Source: the human T2T-CHM13v2.0 reference genome, Homo sapiens
NCBI RefSeq assembly: GCF_009914755.1
Contig: NC_060938.1
DNA length: 64,000 nucleotides
Strand: one strand, 5' to 3'
The position numbers and the translations under genes were made by a program. The notes below the pieces were generated by a model, which saw nothing but the letters and a program-made list of their open reading frames with translations, had not been told where the DNA came from and did no database searches. Shown here one piece after another: positions 60,817-64,000 of the stretch (positions within the stretch are counted from its first letter, which is position 1; each line of letters begins with the position of its first letter).

Positions 60817-62277
60817 TTGAAGAAGTAAAATTATGGGAGAAACGTGTTTAGTCTAAGTTATGGCAAGGTTTCACCGAACACTGTGACCTTTAATGTTGCT
60901 CCCTGACAACCCTGGTAATATGGATGAAAAAGAAGTTTATCTCCCGTGTGTGGAATTCATAGAAAGTGGATGAATAAAGAACAATCCTTTGACATATGTA
61001 GGCCATGGGGTGTGGATGGGCTCTTTGACATAATGACCCCTGAAAATTAGTGTTTGTACCAACCTGGAATATACCTAAAATACAGTTCATAGAAACAAAT
61101 TTTTTTCAGAAAATTTGATTTGAGAAAAAATATGTATTCAATTAAATACTCCCATAGGCCAGTGGAAAATGATGCAAATAATTGAGGTTGATGGAGGAAA
61201 AAGGTAATTGAGTCTGTGAATGAACATCAAGAGACTTGTAAAGGAAGATGTTAATGAGTAACATTGCTTTGTGGAGGGAATTCCTACTCTCTGTTGGATG
61301 GTTCAAATCAAGGTCAGAGTATTAGTTGGCTTAAGTGAAACACTGCAGAAAATGGTGTAAGCCAATAATGATAATACACCAGCAATATTTGGCACTAAGA
61401 TGTTGACCAAGGCCAGAGCAGATTGGGAAGGAAAGGGTCTTTGATTCTTTCTGATTACTGAGATGCCCTGCCAGGATCCACAGAAGGAAGGAAGCCCATT
61501 TTGCTTATATAAACATACTAATGACAGCTCCTGACAAACAATTTGTTTTTTTGCTAGCAGGAGAGTGATTATCTATCACAGAAACGCTTTTAGCAGAATG
61601 TACTTGGTCGTTTAGAATTGCTTATGGTTAACAAAGTAGAAGGTTGTGGATTTATGGGGCTCCCTGGAAAATGTCACATATACCACATATGTAACTATCT
61701 GCATAAAAATGAAGATATTTGATAATTGAGACAGGTATCTCCATGTAAATAAATTGTCGGCATACCTCTCTAGAAGTCTCATCTATCTGCCTGGGAAAGG
61801 GAGTATCTAATGACAGAACCAAGGATCTAAAGAATCAGATTAAGAGATCTAAATAATTCTCTGATTTGCCCATGCCTAATGATGAACTGAGTTCGTGAGA
61901 TTACTAGTAAAGCTTTATATTTTGTAAGATCTTAGATTCTGATAAGTCTAATGTCACAATCCAATCAGTTTTTCCTATCTCAAGGAATCATGTCCATATA
62001 ATGGAATTAATCCTGAAACTCTGAAAAGTTTTAATATTCTGGGGTAAGGGTAGATGAGAAGTAGTCTCCATATGACTTATAAACATGTAAGGAGAAATAG
62101 TAAAATAGTTGTAAAATTAAAAGAAGAACAGAAATTCATAAAATAACCTATAACAATCAGGTTAAACAACAAAAACAAAAAGCAAAGCGTCTATCAGTAA
62201 CATGATTGAATAGAAGAGCCAAGAGAGAGAGTTGTCAGTGGTAAAGGAATAAATATTATCTCATTTGATAGAGTGAT

Positions 62278-64000
62278 TGTATTAGTCCATTTTAACACTG
62301 CTGATAAAGACATACCCACGACTGGATAACTTACAAAAGAAAAAGGTTTATTGGACATACAGTTCCACATGGCTGGGGAGGACTCACAATCATGGCAAAA
62401 AGGAGCAAGACACATCTTATGTGGGTGGCAGCAGGCAAAAAAAGAGCTTGTGCAGAGAAAATCCTGTTTTTAACACCACTAGATCTTGTGAGACCCATTC
62501 ACTATTATGAGAACAGCATGGGAAAGACCTGCCCCCATGATTCAGTCTTCTCCCATCAGGTCCCTCCCACTACATATAGAAATTATGGGAGCTACAAGAT
62601 GAGATTTGGATGGGGACACAGAGCCAAACCATATCATTTCACTCCAGCCCCTCCCAAATCTCATATCTGCATGTTTCAAAACCAGTCATGCCTTCCCAAC
62701 AGTCCCCCAAAATGTCAACTCTTTTTAGCATTAACTCAAAAGTCCACAGTCCAAAGTTTCATCTGAGACAAGGCAAGTCCCTTCCACCTATGACCCTGTA
62801 AAATCAAAACCAAGTTAGTTACTTCCTAGATACAATGGGGTTACAGGGGTAAGGGGATTGGGTAAATGCACCCATTGCAAATGGGAGAAATTGGCCAAAA
62901 CAAAGAGGCTACAAGCCCCATGCAATTCTGAAATCCAGAAGGGCAGTCAAATCTAAAGCTCCTTTGACTCCATGTCTCACATCTAGGTCACGCTGATGCA
63001 AGAGGTGGATACCCATGGTCTTGGGCAGTTCCACCCCTCTGGCTCTGCAGGGTACAGTCTCCCTCCTGGCTGCCTTCATGGGCTGGTGTTAAGTGTCTGC
63101 AGCTTTTCCATGCACACAGTGCAAGCTGTCAGAGGATCTACACTTCTGGGGTCTGGAAGACGGTGGCCCTCTTCTCACAGCTCCACTAGGTGGTGCCCCA
63201 GTAGGGATTCTGTGTGGGGGCTCCCTCCCCACATTTTCCTTCTGCACTGCCCTAGCAGAGGTTCTCCATGAGGACCCCACCCATATGGCAAACTCCTGCC
63301 TCGGCATTCAGGTGTTTCCATACATCTTCTGAAATCTAGGCAGAGGTTCCCAAACCTCAATTTTTGACTTCTGTGCACTCGTAGGATCAACACCACATGG
63401 AAGATGCCAAAGCTTGGGGCTTGCACCCTCTGAAGCCATAGCCTGAGCTCTATGTTGTCCCCTTTCAGCCATAGCTAGAGTTGCTGTGATGCAGGGGATG
63501 AAGTCCCTAGGCTGCACACAGCAAAGGAACCCTGGGCCCAGCCCACAAAACCACTTCTTCCTCCTAGGTCTCTGTGCCTGTGATGGGAGAGGCTGAGGTA
63601 AAGACCTTTGACATGTCCTGGAGACATTTTCCCCGTTATGTTATGCAAATGTCCGTAGCTGGCTTGGATTTCTCCTCAGAAAATGGGATTTTCTTTTCTA
63701 TTGCATTGTCAGGCTGCAAATTTTCCAAATTTTTATGCTCTGCTTCCCTTATAAAACTGAATGCCTTCAACAGCACCGAATTCACATTTTAAGTGCTTTC
63801 CTGCTTAGAAATTTCTTCTGCCAGATACCCTAAATCATCTCTCTCAAGTTCAAAGTTCTACAAATCTATAGGGCTGGGCAAAATGCCACCAGTGTCTTTG
63901 GTAAAACATAGCAAGATTCACCTTTACTCCGGTTCCCAACAAGTTCCTTATCACCAGCTGAGACCACTTCAGCCTGGATTTCATTGCCCATATCACTGTC
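62278..64000 (-). mobile_element. THE1 (C-like) MaLR: 3' LTR 62278-62636 plus internal region running off the window
   Basis: tgtattagtcc…cagagccaaaccatatca, then THE1-int text (ccaaagtttcatctgagacaaggcaagtccc…, tcagctgagaccac-like end). Confidence 0.96.

Noticed and set aside
62044-62277. Polypurine tract and 3' LTR of the class III provirus
   Set aside because: gtaagggtagatg is only loosely PPT-like, and the following sequence does not match the 5' LTR

Overview
AT-rich (about one-third GC by eye), CpG-depleted primate, most likely human, genomic DNA. It looks intergenic or deep intronic, and I recognise no intact protein-coding exon. The window is dominated by interspersed repeats: nine full-length Alus plus one monomer, several L1 pieces (L1PA7/8/15-16, L1PB, L1MA, L1MC/ME), L2/MIR, MaLR/ERVL/ERV1 LTRs and hAT/Tigger MITEs. 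It also holds a 3'-deleted RPL7A processed pseudogene (~44.2-44.9 kb). The most notable structure is a heavily decayed ~7.5 kb class III (ERV-L/HERV-S-like) provirus at ~54.5-62.0 kb. Its order is LTR, tRNA-Ser(CGA)-type PBS, gag, protease, RT, an RNase H/integrase deletion, a dUTPase-like segment and a long, Cys/N-sequon-containing env-like tail; a related solo LTR lies at ~10.2-10.7 kb. Other points of interest are a probable ancient L1 3' transduction inside a MER46A, an AluYd-lineage element, and a CpG-retaining exon/enhancer-like island in a TE-poor block at ~28.7-29.1 kb. Repeat family names come from my recollection of consensus sequences and need RepeatMasker/Dfam confirmation. Boundaries are approximate unless a TSD is quoted.
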